Below are positions 37,502-47,367 of a stretch of 64,000 bases of DNA, piece after piece. A program made the translations under genes and the position numbers. Source of the stretch: an uncultured Candidatus Saccharibacteria bacterium (GTDB lineage: Bacteria; Patescibacteriota; Minisyncoccia; Phycocordibacterales; WO2-35-19); NCBI GenBank assembly GCA_964589445.1, contig CAZPQX010000001.1, positions 110,098 to 174,097 of the forward strand. Reading direction: 5' to 3'. Below the pieces are notes generated by a model. It was not told the origin of the DNA. It ran no database searches and saw only the letters and a program-made list of their open reading frames with translations. The stretch's first letter is position 1. Each line of letters opens with the position of its first letter.

Positions 37502-39220
37502 TCAAATGCCCTTTGAAATCGTTTCCTCTGGCCTATCGGGTGGCAGCTCGTAGTAGTTGATGAGGAATTTGGTGATATTGAGGAATGGGTCAGTCAAAGT
37601 CTCCGAAGCGTACCTAACATTTTTTGGGTAAGTATGGAAAAGAAAAACAAGGAACCTTGGTTTGAAAGCGGGGAAATATCCAAAAAATGAGTGGAGGTAT
37701 TTGTTTGGGGCATAACCAGCTATACCCTCCTCTGTCATCTGGGCTGTCCCAGTCTTCGCTGCCACGGAGTAGCCTGGTATCTTGGCTGTGCCATTCCTAA
37801 GAGAAGTGTCCACCACCTTTACAAGCATGCGAGTTATTTCTTCTGAAGTCTCAGGTTTTATCACTTGCTTTGCCGGAGCAAAAGAAGTCTTCTTTGTGAT
37901 ACCACTCTCATACTCTATTTTTTGGACTATATGAGGCACGATGAGTTTGCCACCGTTTGCAAGAGAAGAAAGTGCCCTCACAGTGGCTATAGGGGTAAGG
38001 GCGATACCTTGGCCGTAGCTCGCAGTTGCCATTTCTATATCTCTACCTGAGTCTAAGTTGTTTATCAGGCCAACTGTCTCGTTGGGTAAATCAATACCAG
38101 TCTCAGTGCCTATACCAAAACTTTTCATGTATTCAGGAAATTTGTCTCCCATCTTCATGGCCACATGAGCCACCCCTGTGTTTAAGGACTGATTTAAAAC
38201 ATCTTGCATAGTAGCTGTGCCTCTCCCCCTACCATCATAATTTGAAATGCGTTTTCCATTCAAAACAAGAAACCCAGCATCATAGTATGTACTCTCTGAA
38301 GTGATGACTCCTGTATCCAACCCAGAGGCTATGGTGAGGGGCTTTATTATCGAACCCATTTCAAAAACATCTTCCACCATAGGGTTCCTAAACGCAGAAA
38401 TACTACTCTCTTTAAAATTATTTAAATCGAAAGTTGGATCTGAGGCGATGGCGAAAATCTCTCCTGTGACTGGATCTATAATTATACCCCCCGCCAATTC
38501 ACTGCCCCAAGTTTCCTTTATATTTTCAAGTTCTTTTTGAAGGAAAACTTGTACAGAAGGTTCTATAGAAGTCACGATATCCCCCTCCTCTTCTGGTTTG
38601 TCACTAAATGTCTGCTTAACTCCAGAAAAAAATTCCGCAAAGAAATTATTAAATGCTTTGCTTTGATCTCTTTTTAATGTCTCTTCATAATACCTCTCAA
38701 GGCCATACCTCCCGGCAAGCTTATCTTCAAGGAAAGCCACGAAGCCAATACTTTGTGCTGCTAGGCTGCCCCCTGGGTAAAACCTCCATTTATCACCTGA
38801 GACATTCACACCATATAAATTTAGCTCTTTTATTTTATTTGCTGTTTCTGAATTCAGATTTTTTGCTATCTCTCTGTTTTTTTCTTTTTTATTAGATATT
38901 TTTGAGAAAAATTCTTCCCTAGTTATCGACATTACTTTGCTCAATTTTTCATAAATAAAATCACCGTCTTCTATCACGCTTGGATTTAGAGAAATAGTAA
39001 ATCCGGACCTTGAGATGGCCGCCGGTATCTTTTCACCCTTTCTATCTTGAAGATAAATTTCCCCACGATCAAAAGAAACTGTATTTTTGTTTACATACTG
39101 TCTTTCAGCAGAAGCAACAAAAGTCTCGCCCCTTACTATCTGAAGAAAATACAGTTTTATAACAAGAAATAAAGCAGCGACAATTAGAGCGACTGAAATA
39201 ATACGAATCCTGCCGTTCAT
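37502..39220 (-). CDS. ftsI: Class B penicillin-binding protein (FtsI-like)
   Basis: GSIIKP (SxxK), SLN, KTGT; downstream of mraZ-rsmH-ftsL. Confidence 0.88.
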   Translation of the reverse strand: MNGRIRIISVALIVAALFLVIKLYFLQIVRGETFVASAERQYVNKNTVSFDRGEIYLQDRKGEKIPAAISRSGFTISLNPSVIEDGDFIYEKLSKVMSITREEFFSKISNKKEKNREIAKNLNSETANKIKELNLYGVNVSGDKWRFYPGGSLAAQSIGFVAFLEDKLAGRYGLERYYEETLKRDQSKAFNNFFAEFFSGVKQTFSDKPEEEGDIVTSIEPSVQVFLQKELENIKETWGSELAGGIIIDPVTGEIFAIASDPTFDLNNFKESSISAFRNPMVEDVFEMGSIIKPLTIASGLDTGVITSESTYYDAGFLVLNGKRISNYDGRGRGTATMQDVLNQSLNTGVAHVAMKMGDKFPEYMKSFGIGTETGIDLPNETVGLINNLDSGRDIEMATASYGQGIALTPIATVRALSSLANGGKLIVPHIVQKIEYESGITKKTSFAPAKQVIKPETSEEITRMLVKVVDTSLRNGTAKIPGYSVAAKTGTAQMTEEGIAGYAPNKYLHSFFGYFPAFKPRFLVFLFHTYPKNVRYASETLTDPFLNITKFLINYYELPPDRPEETISKGI

Positions 39221-39228
39221 GAAAGAGG

Positions 39229-39555
39229 CTACCTAGAATTAAAATTAATGGCTGTTCTCGCGTTGCCCTTGATGATGAATGTTTTACTATTTGCTTCTAC
39301 GAACCCGAGAGATACAGCAAGATCTGGGTTGATGGTATTTTCGGAAATAAGTCTTTGTGACTCCATTTCGCTCACCCTCATAGTAATCGACTGAACTTCT
39401 TCTTTGGTATTTTGAAGAACAGACAAAGTGCGCACTGTGCTGTTTGCAAAAAATATGTAGAGAGCGATGCAGAAAACAATAGAGAGCCCCACGGAAAACA
39501 AGGCACTCCTACTTTCTGCTATCGCTATCGCTTTTTCTTTTATTTGAACTCCCAT
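39229..39555 (-). CDS. FtsL-like protein
   Basis: Single TM plus coiled coil, in the ftsL position. Confidence 0.6.
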   Translation of the reverse strand: MGVQIKEKAIAIAESRSALFSVGLSIVFCIALYIFFANSTVRTLSVLQNTKEEVQSITMRVSEMESQRLISENTINPDLAVSLGFVEANSKTFIIKGNARTAINFNSR

Positions 39556-39578
39556 TTGTTTTTAATTATTTAATAAAT

Positions 39579-40481
39579 TTATATTTTTCTTATTACTCTA
39601 AGTTTGGCGCTACGGCTGCGAGGATTTTCGGCTATCTCTTGCTCGCTTGGAGTCATAGGTTTTTTACCAAAATCTTCTATGTACTCTGCTTCGCCACTTT
39701 CTACCTTTTCCCTAAAAAAATTCTTGACTATCCTGTCTTCAAGACTGTGGAATGAAATGACTGCCACTCTGCCGCCCTTTCTAAGGATAGTAAACGCACC
39801 ACGAAGGCCTTCTTCTAAAGCACGGAGCTCATCATTTACCGCTATGCGTATAGCCTGGAAAGTCTTGGTGGCTGGATGTATCCTGCCAAATCGGTAAAAG
39901 ACAGGCACTGCTCTCTTGATGATTTCTGCGAGCTCGAGTGATGTCTCGATTGGCTTATTTGCTCTCGCTTCGATAATAGCCTTGGCTATCCTCCTCGAAT
40001 ACTTTTCTTCGCCGTAGCCATATATCACAGTGGCAAGATTTTCTTCGCTCCAAGTATTGACCACATCATGAGCTGTGATGTCTTCTTCGCTTAAGTTACT
40101 CTTGAGACTCATGATAAGCGGCTCCTCCTTTTGAAAACTAAAACCCCTAGCCCCTTCTTCAAATTGAGGCGAGCTCCAACCAAGGTCGAAGACTATTTTT
40201 GAAGGCTGTTTTGCATCCAGAAGCTCTGGTGCTTTTTCGATATTTCTGAAATTTAGCTCTACTGCTTTATATCTGACCCCTGAGAGATCTAAATTTTCTT
40301 TTGCAATAGCAAGGGACATTTGGTCTGTGTCTATCCCGAAAAGCCCCACTGTGCCCTTGGTACGCCTAGAAACTTCCTCTAGGTGCCCACCTGACCCCAG
40401 CGTCGCATCAAGATAAACATCACCCTCTTCGAGAGCTAAACAATCTATCGCTTCTTTTAAAAGAACACTTTTATGGGCCAT
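39579..40481 (-). CDS. rsmH: 16S rRNA m4C1402 methyltransferase
   Basis: HKSVLL, DATLGSGGH, FQAIRIAVN, SFHSLEDRIVK, NPRSRSAKLR. Confidence 0.97.
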   Translation of the reverse strand: MAHKSVLLKEAIDCLALEEGDVYLDATLGSGGHLEEVSRRTKGTVGLFGIDTDQMSLAIAKENLDLSGVRYKAVELNFRNIEKAPELLDAKQPSKIVFDLGWSSPQFEEGARGFSFQKEEPLIMSLKSNLSEEDITAHDVVNTWSEENLATVIYGYGEEKYSRRIAKAIIEARANKPIETSLELAEIIKRAVPVFYRFGRIHPATKTFQAIRIAVNDELRALEEGLRGAFTILRKGGRVAVISFHSLEDRIVKNFFREKVESGEAEYIEDFGKKPMTPSEQEIAENPRSRSAKLRVIRKI

Positions 40482-40486
40482 GGCGA

Positions 40487-40924
40487 TTACATTATCCCAA
40501 GTGAAGAAAGTTTTTCGGCCAAACTGTCGGCCTGCTTCTCCACCTGCCTCTTGTAATCAACCCACGACTTCTCATTCCATATTTCGAGCCTGTTTTGCAC
40601 ACCGATCAAAACTACTTTAGTTTTGAGATTGGCGCGCTCACGAAGGAAATCTGGAACCAAAACTCGCCCCATACCATCGATCTCTACTTCGACTGCTCCT
40701 CCAAACATATACCTGTTGAAGCTTCGCATGTCAGCAGAGAGGATAGATGAATTCTCCGAAAGTTTCGAAGAAATAGTCTTCCATTCTTCAGTGGTAAAAA
40801 CGAAGAGACATTGGTCGAGTCCAGGAGTAATAAATATTTTTTTACCTAGGAGGCTCCTCAGCTTTGAAGGCAGCGAAATCCTGTTTTTGTCGTCTATCGT
40901 ATGTGTGTATTCGCCTATAAGCAT
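40487..40924 (-). CDS. mraZ: Transcriptional regulator MraZ
   Basis: DDKNRISLP and DGMGRVLVP repeats. Confidence 0.96.
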   Translation of the reverse strand: MLIGEYTHTIDDKNRISLPSKLRSLLGKKIFITPGLDQCLFVFTTEEWKTISSKLSENSSILSADMRSFNRYMFGGAVEVEIDGMGRVLVPDFLRERANLKTKVVLIGVQNRLEIWNEKSWVDYKRQVEKQADSLAEKLSSLGIM

Positions 40925-40949
40925 ATTTATTTATTACTCCTGTCACAAC

Positions 40950-41014
40950 CCACTTCTTCCCACTTGGTTCCATTTTACACCACCTGATTGCACCGGTCTA
41001 CCACAAAGCCCCAT
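40950..41014 (-). promoter_or_regulatory. MraZ-binding direct-repeat array
   Basis: GTGG/ATGG units at ~10-nt period (+ strand ccac/ccat at 40950, 40960, 40970, 40980, 41001, 41011) upstream of mraZ. Confidence 0.75.
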
Positions 41015-41026
41015 TTCCTGTGGATA

Positions 41027-41064
41027 AAAGCAAAATCGCCCTATTTCTAGAGCGATTTTGCTTT
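41027..41064. terminator. Hairpin downstream of lysS
   Basis: aaagcaaaatcgc...gcgattttgcttt. Confidence 0.65.
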
Positions 41065-41089
41065 CCAAAACCAAATCCTGAACACTTTT

Positions 41090-42688
41090 TTATATGCTCA
41101 GTAGCTTGAGGCAAGTACCTCTGTCTATAGCCCAAATAAATGTGGACAGTCTAGGACCCGCATCTTTACTTATGAGAAGGTTGTAGAGATGTTTGAAAAA
41201 TGCTTTTTGAGCTGGAGCGTTTTCTTTGTCTGTCTTTGCAAGGTCTTTGGGGATGGAGTAAACCAATTTTTCCAACTCCTCCACTGAATCATATTCCTTT
41301 TCTAGTTCCTCCTTTAGTTTTCTAACTTGGTTTTTGGAGTTTTCATCCATAGAATCACTATAATTTTCATTTACAGAATCTCGGAGGGTAATAGACTCTT
41401 CTGGGTTATATTTTTGAAGCCAGTTCTTTGCTTTTTCTATTCTTACCTCTACAGAATTTTTATCATAATCAGCATTCAAATCTGTTATAAGATTCATTGT
41501 TTTATCCAAATTCCATTGAGTGATTTGGCCCAAAGAAACTGCTTGTTTGAAAGGAATAGGATTTTGGTATTTTTCATACCCACTGAGAGAAACCGACTTA
41601 GAGTCAGAAGGATTTTCTACTTCTCTATCAAACTCGTCATACTGTCTATATATTTCTGTGTCAAAAGCCAGACTAAAAGGTTGATCTGGTCTTCTTCTAA
41701 AATAAAGCCACTTAAGCAGTGAGGGCTCATATATGTCCAAAAGTTCTTTAGGAGAAATGGCATTGCCTTTAGAACCAGACATTTTACTTCCTCCTCCTTG
41801 TATACCTACAAATTTATATTCTGCAAAGAAAGGCTGTTCTATACCAAATATTTTTTCAGCTATCACACTAGAAACATCATAGCTGCTGCCCGGTGAAGCA
41901 TGGTCATGCCCGCCCGGTTCAAACACCACACCTTCTTGCTTCCATCTCATCGGCCAATCTACTTTCCATGCAAGCTTTGCTATCCTATCTTTTGATAGAT
42001 CCACGGTTTCCTCTTTTCCAGTTTCTACACACTTATAAGTAATGGAAGTCGCTCCGTCACAAGACAATACCTTGGTTGCATCTTTGTTTGTAAACCTAGA
42101 ATAAACAGATATGGGATAATAATTTTCAATATAATCTTCTTCATTGATTCCACCCTCTTCCTTACCCTTTTCAGTCATAAAAGAAAGCAACACTTTTGCA
42201 ATCTCCTTTCTCTTTTGAAGACTCAGGAAGATCATTTCATCGTATCGCCCACTCTTGTATTCGTCAGTCTGATATTTATATTCAAGCTCTATACCAAGCT
42301 CTCGCATAGCATTTTCAAAGGGTTTCTGAAAGTATTCTGCATAAGAAGAAAACCCCTCCACTGGACTAGGGACCATAGATAGTGGCATACCGATATACTT
42401 TTCAAATTCCTTGGGAATATTTACAGGAACCTTTCTAAATCTATCGAAGTTGTCCCAAGAAAAAATACATCTGGAATTTTTACCTTCTTTTTTTAAAGCC
42501 AAATGTACAGCAAAAGCAGTTATGACATCTCGGAAATTTCCAAAATGAACTATCCCAGACGGGCTAATACCAGCTGCGCAAGTAAAAACATCACTTTTTA
42601 CTTTGTTTATTATTTCAGAAGCAATTGCCTCACTCCAGTGTTTATTGTTTAGATCAAACTTATCTAGGTTTAGTCTTTTGTCATTCAT
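41090..42688 (-). CDS. lysS: Lysine--tRNA ligase, class I
   Basis: GISPSG.VHFGN, KLAWKVDWPMRW, FEPGGHDH, KMSGSKGN, GPRL. Confidence 0.93.
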   Translation of the reverse strand: MNDKRLNLDKFDLNNKHWSEAIASEIINKVKSDVFTCAAGISPSGIVHFGNFRDVITAFAVHLALKKEGKNSRCIFSWDNFDRFRKVPVNIPKEFEKYIGMPLSMVPSPVEGFSSYAEYFQKPFENAMRELGIELEYKYQTDEYKSGRYDEMIFLSLQKRKEIAKVLLSFMTEKGKEEGGINEEDYIENYYPISVYSRFTNKDATKVLSCDGATSITYKCVETGKEETVDLSKDRIAKLAWKVDWPMRWKQEGVVFEPGGHDHASPGSSYDVSSVIAEKIFGIEQPFFAEYKFVGIQGGGSKMSGSKGNAISPKELLDIYEPSLLKWLYFRRRPDQPFSLAFDTEIYRQYDEFDREVENPSDSKSVSLSGYEKYQNPIPFKQAVSLGQITQWNLDKTMNLITDLNADYDKNSVEVRIEKAKNWLQKYNPEESITLRDSVNENYSDSMDENSKNQVRKLKEELEKEYDSVEELEKLVYSIPKDLAKTDKENAPAQKAFFKHLYNLLISKDAGPRLSTFIWAIDRGTCLKLLSI

Positions 42689-42710
42689 TCTAGCTATTCT
42701 ACACCCAGAA

Positions 42711-43175
42711 TTACTCAATACCAATTATTTTGTAAGTAACAGACCCAGCTGGAGTATTGAACTTGAAGCTCTCGCTCTTTTTCTTCCCGAGCACTGCTTC
42801 ACCAAAAGGAGATTTGACCGAAATCTTGCCTGTAGAAATATCAGACTCTTCGCCACCTACGATAGTGTAAACCTTTTCAGCTTTGTCGCCTTCTTTGACT
42901 ACTTTGACTACAGAGCCGACTACCACGAGGTCGGTATTGTGAGAAGAAACTATGACAGCATTTTTGAGTACAGACTCGATTTTTTGTATCCTGTCTTCCA
43001 CCACACCCTGCATATCGCGAGCTTCATGATATTCTGCATTTTCAGATAAGTCGCCAAGTGACTTCGCATATTCGAGCTGTTCGGCTATCTCCTTCCTTCT
43101 TACCTTTTTTAAATGTTCGAGTTCCTCTATAAGAGTTTTCTCTTTTTCTTTAGTTATATATTCTTTTTCGTTCAT
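42711..43175 (-). CDS. greA: Transcription elongation factor GreA
   Basis: GDLSENAEY, ISVKSPFGEA. Confidence 0.97.
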   Translation of the reverse strand: MNEKEYITKEKEKTLIEELEHLKKVRRKEIAEQLEYAKSLGDLSENAEYHEARDMQGVVEDRIQKIESVLKNAVIVSSHNTDLVVVGSVVKVVKEGDKAEKVYTIVGGEESDISTGKISVKSPFGEAVLGKKKSESFKFNTPAGSVTYKIIGIE

Positions 43176-43225
43176 ATTTTTAAATTAAATAGGAAATAGG
43201 CATTGTACTCGTTTTTGACCAAAAG

Positions 43226-44488
43226 TCAATGTGGATTTTTCTTGGTTTTCCACTCCTCGCCTTGCCTTACAAGCCTTTTTTGGTCTTTTGGGTCAGCGAG
43301 GAGCGGCTTTATGGCCTCCTCTGCAAATACTCCATTTTGAGAACCTTTGACCAAAATCACAGAATCTTCTTTCAAATTTCTAAAAACTATTTCACCCGCC
43401 TCTTTAGAACTTTGAGCTCTGTATACAGTGACACCTTTTGCTTGTGCAGCGTCAGCAAGGAAGCTATTTGCATCCCTACCTATCGTGACCACGAAATCCA
43501 GAGTCTCTGGATTACAGTATCTTCCCACTTCTGTGTGTGCATCAGGTGAAGAGACGCCAAGCTCATTCATCATGCCGAGCACTGCCACCTTGTGAATCTT
43601 TGGGTGAGTATACAGAGCGTCTAGAGCGATCTTCATGGATGCCGGGCTTGCGTTGTACGAATCGTCGATGATGACAGACTTTTTAATTCCACCAAGTGTT
43701 TGCATGCGACCTTCAAAACTTTGCAAGCCAGACAGAGAGTCTTTGGCTTCTTCGATAGAAAGTGACATGTGTCTCACAATAGCGAGGCCAACACAAACAG
43801 AGTAAAGCTGCACTTCTGAGACTGCGGGGTAAAATACTTCTGTCATCTTGCCTCCTTTGTAAGATATTTCGAAATTAAATCCGTTTTCTTGTTTTTTTAT
43901 ATTTTCAATCTTATAAACCGAGCCAAAACCCTTTCCGTAAAAAATTATCTTCTTATGATCTACATTTTCAGGTACTGTCTCGCACAAGTCTCTGTTTACA
44001 AAAATCACATCACTAAAGAAACTGACTGACCACTCTTCTTCCATCACATTTTCAAGTGACCCAAAAAACTCCATGTGCTCGGGAGTGACAGCTGTGAGCA
44101 CTGCGATATCGACATGCAGGTATTTGCGAAACTCTGCGATGTCGCCCGGCTTGTCAGTGCCTAGCTCTAGCACCACAAAGTCAAATGGGAAATCACTCAA
44201 TATTTGACCCTCGTTTTGTAAAATTACTTTTGCCCAAGCGAAAGGATTATATAAACTCGGCATCTCCTGACCAAACATACATAGGGGCACACTCAAAATG
44301 TCATTATAATTTCCTTCTTGGTATCGCACTCTTTTTTCTGCCGAAAGAGCTTTGGCTACCGCCATCTTAGTGCTCGTCTTGCCGATACTACCTACCACTC
44401 CGACAATTTTAAAATTGTGCTTGGCACGGAGTCTCCTGACCTGCGAGCCCAGGATAGAGACCAAGATACCTTTGAGAAGTGATTTCAT
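43226..44488 (-). CDS. murF: Mur ligase, MurF-like
   Basis: GSIGKTSTK, DDSYNASP, LGMMNELG, LVKGSQ. Confidence 0.85.
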   Translation of the reverse strand: MKSLLKGILVSILGSQVRRLRAKHNFKIVGVVGSIGKTSTKMAVAKALSAEKRVRYQEGNYNDILSVPLCMFGQEMPSLYNPFAWAKVILQNEGQILSDFPFDFVVLELGTDKPGDIAEFRKYLHVDIAVLTAVTPEHMEFFGSLENVMEEEWSVSFFSDVIFVNRDLCETVPENVDHKKIIFYGKGFGSVYKIENIKKQENGFNFEISYKGGKMTEVFYPAVSEVQLYSVCVGLAIVRHMSLSIEEAKDSLSGLQSFEGRMQTLGGIKKSVIIDDSYNASPASMKIALDALYTHPKIHKVAVLGMMNELGVSSPDAHTEVGRYCNPETLDFVVTIGRDANSFLADAAQAKGVTVYRAQSSKEAGEIVFRNLKEDSVILVKGSQNGVFAEEAIKPLLADPKDQKRLVRQGEEWKTKKNPH

Positions 44489-44587
44489 TAAGATAAATTC
44501 TAGCCTACTTTGCCCACTCAAACACACTTGACAAAGTTGCAATATTCGTTGCATACACTTTCCCGCGGCCGCGATTTTTTGTATAAA

Positions 44588-46303
44588 TTATTTTATATAT
44601 TCGGGAGTATTGATAGCCATCCAGTCGAGGAGTTGGCGCATTACATAAGTCGCACCAGTCAGGTTGGTCACAGGCCCTCTTTCCATCACCACAGCAAAAG
44701 CGTATTTTGGATTTTCATAAGGGAAAAATCCGATCACCCAAGAGTTTACAAATTGCTTCCTTGCTCCGAGCTCGGCGGTACCAGTCTTGCCTGCGACAGC
44801 AAGTCCGGGGACACTGAGACCTCTCGCGGTACCGTCAGTCACAGCAAGTCGCATGCCTTCTCGGGCAATTTGAAAGTGCTCTGGGTCACCTTCTACCCTA
44901 CCACCATCTACTACTGTCGAAGTCGAAGTAAACAAAATACTAGGCACCAAAAGCTTGCCGCCATTTGCAAGACTCGCAGTTGCTACGACAGCTTGTATTG
45001 GAGTGATTTGAGTACCGTATTGGCCGATCGATGTGTTGTAGGTGTCCCCGACTCTCCATATTTCACCATCAAAAGTTTTGGCTTTCCAATCAGGATCAGG
45101 GATGACTCCTGCGGCTTCTTTTTCATTATCAAATCCTGTCTTTTTGGTAAAGCCGAATTTTTCTAAATATTCTTTTATCCTCTGGACACCCAAACCTTTT
45201 TGAGAACCAAACCCGCCCCCTATTTGATAAAAGTAAACATCCGAAGAAACAGATATAGCCTTCCTCATATCTGTCGCGCCGTGAGCCTTCCAGTCTCTAA
45301 AAATAGTTGGTTGATCTGGATTGTATGGGTTGGGTATCACGAGGCGGCCCTCACTCACGATTTCTTTTTCTGGAGAAATTATATTTTCCTCAAGGGCCGC
45401 GAAGGCAAGGAAAGGCTTCACTATAGACCCTGGTGTATATAGACCTGATATAACCCTATTTAAAAATGGGTTGTTTGGATTTTGGAAATACCCTTGTATG
45501 GTTTCAGCGTCTGTCCCGTCAGTCATTACCGAAGGTTTATATTCAGGGAAAGTAGACATGGCCAAAACTTCTCCAGAGTGTATATCCATTATTATCCCTG
45601 AGCCACCCTGGAAACCTACTTTTTGTGCCAAACCTTCTATTGTTGAGTAAAGTTTATTTTGTACTCTTGAATCAACCGAGAGTACGGCATCCTCACCTAT
45701 CCTAGCCCTCCTTACGACACTTTCAGAAACAACATTGCCTGAGACATCAGTCTCCATAAATTTGATACCATTGCTCCCTGCCAATATTTCATCCAAGTAA
45801 AGCTCGGCTCCGTCTTTTGGCACAAACTCATCTTCATAATAAAAGCCGGCACTGTCTTTGGCAGGATATTTTATAAACCCAAGTAAGTTTCCGAGGCCAT
45901 CTAGTTCAGTGTACTTTCTTCTAGGAAACTCTTCCTGATCCAAAGACTCACTCTCTTTTTGATTCCACGAAAGCTTGGCACCCTCTCTGCTCAAGATAGA
46001 GCCGCGTGGCGCCACCACCACAATCTCTTTCAGTTTGTTGTTTTCACTTCTTTCTCTGTACTCCTCACCATTTACAACCTGCAAAGAAAAAATCTTAAAC
46101 AAAAAAACAGTTCCGATTAAAATAAAAAAAGTAAAGAAAAATGTAAAAGCCCAGGGAGACAAAGATTTTTCGAGGCGACCTTCGAGCTGATAGGTGTTGA
46201 ACTCTGGAAGATTTTTGGAATCTAGAAATATCAAATCAGGATCTATATCCTCATAGCTCCTTTTATTAAAACTCTTTATTATTTTTTTTAGATTGCCAAA
46301 CAT
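44588..46303 (-). CDS. mrdA: Penicillin-binding protein 2
   Basis: PGSIVKP, SSDVYFY, KTGTAE; after mreBC. Confidence 0.88.
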   Translation of the reverse strand: MFGNLKKIIKSFNKRSYEDIDPDLIFLDSKNLPEFNTYQLEGRLEKSLSPWAFTFFFTFFILIGTVFLFKIFSLQVVNGEEYRERSENNKLKEIVVVAPRGSILSREGAKLSWNQKESESLDQEEFPRRKYTELDGLGNLLGFIKYPAKDSAGFYYEDEFVPKDGAELYLDEILAGSNGIKFMETDVSGNVVSESVVRRARIGEDAVLSVDSRVQNKLYSTIEGLAQKVGFQGGSGIIMDIHSGEVLAMSTFPEYKPSVMTDGTDAETIQGYFQNPNNPFLNRVISGLYTPGSIVKPFLAFAALEENIISPEKEIVSEGRLVIPNPYNPDQPTIFRDWKAHGATDMRKAISVSSDVYFYQIGGGFGSQKGLGVQRIKEYLEKFGFTKKTGFDNEKEAAGVIPDPDWKAKTFDGEIWRVGDTYNTSIGQYGTQITPIQAVVATASLANGGKLLVPSILFTSTSTVVDGGRVEGDPEHFQIAREGMRLAVTDGTARGLSVPGLAVAGKTGTAELGARKQFVNSWVIGFFPYENPKYAFAVVMERGPVTNLTGATYVMRQLLDWMAINTPEYIK

Positions 46304-46304
46304 T

Positions 46305-46577
46305 TTATATTTTCCTTTGCCAATTTATCCTATCTCCTAAGAAGAATGCCACAAAAATTAGGGCTATCGAAAATAAGCTGAAGATGTTGTCCCTCCAAAA
46401 TCCTTCGCCGAAATAATATATATTATCTAATAGAGCTGCGAAAATTATTATTTCATATGGTAGCTTTGCCAGGTATACATATATAAGAGCAAGTGGGAAA
46501 AATATCCACCACCCAAATACAAGGGTAAGGATGACCATGATGACAGAGTAAATAATCCTCAACATTTTATTCTTCAA
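46305..46577 (-). CDS. Small membrane protein in the mreD position
   Basis: Hydrophobic 90 aa between mreC and mrdA. Confidence 0.6.
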   Translation of the reverse strand: MKNKMLRIIYSVIMVILTLVFGWWIFFPLALIYVYLAKLPYEIIIFAALLDNIYYFGEGFWRDNIFSLFSIALIFVAFFLGDRINWQRKI

Positions 46578-47367
46578 AAAAATCTAGTGCTTTCTCGATA
46601 AAAACAATCCTTGTCTTGAGTATGTTGCTAGGGAGCGACATGAGTACTAGCTTGAACCCGAGTGATTGGTTTTCTTCTACTGACTCCACTATCGCGAGTA
46701 TGTAAGGACGAGACCCTTCAAGCACAACTTTGTCCCCTGGGACTACATCGAAGTCTATCGGAAGCCTTGCTTCCATACCTCCACCACCCACACCCACCAC
46801 CTCAACCGGCTCGAGTGTCCTCTCTATAAACCCAAAAGAATTTTTATCAGCAAAAGAACTCAGAGCAACTACACTATTTTTGTTTGAAATTTTTACCACC
46901 CGGCCAATAAGGCTCACTCCATCACTGAAAACAAGGTCATTCTCTTCTATACCATCACTCAGGCCCCTATCTATGATAACAGAATCAAGTGGGATTTGTG
47001 GAGACCTGGCCAAGATCCGCGCGCCTACAAAGTCGGCTTGGGGACGCAACTTTAATTCACCATTTAATCTTTCGTTTTCAATTTTTAAGGAATTGTACTC
47101 GTGAGCGATGGCCGTGAGTCTCTCTACCTCCACAGAAAGTTTTGTATTTTCTTCTACCAAAGCCGCTCTTTCAGAAAAGAACTTACCAAAGAAGAAAAAG
47201 TTATTATAAAAAGTATTGCCACTATTCAAAAATGGAGAGGCGGGCCCGAGGAGAGAAACTCCGATATAATAAAACAAAGACACAAGGACTATCAAAGAAA
47301 CAAAGATTTTCAAAAACCTTTTGCTTCCTGATTTATTCCTATTATATTGATTTACTTGAAATATCAT
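46567..47367 (-). CDS. mreC: Rod shape-determining protein MreC
   Basis: TM, coiled coil (ENERL), IIDRG..DGI, LIGRV. Confidence 0.88.
   Translation of the reverse strand: MIFQVNQYNRNKSGSKRFLKIFVSLIVLVSLFYYIGVSLLGPASPFLNSGNTFYNNFFFFGKFFSERAALVEENTKLSVEVERLTAIAHEYNSLKIENERLNGELKLRPQADFVGARILARSPQIPLDSVIIDRGLSDGIEENDLVFSDGVSLIGRVVKISNKNSVVALSSFADKNSFGFIERTLEPVEVVGVGGGGMEARLPIDFDVVPGDKVVLEGSRPYILAIVESVEENQSLGFKLVLMSLPSNILKTRIVFIEKALDFFEE

Noticed and set aside
41019-41027. DnaA box (TGTGGATAA) as a replication origin, plus near-matches at ~6652 and ~28192
   Set aside because: These are isolated single boxes with no cluster and no dnaA/dnaN nearby.
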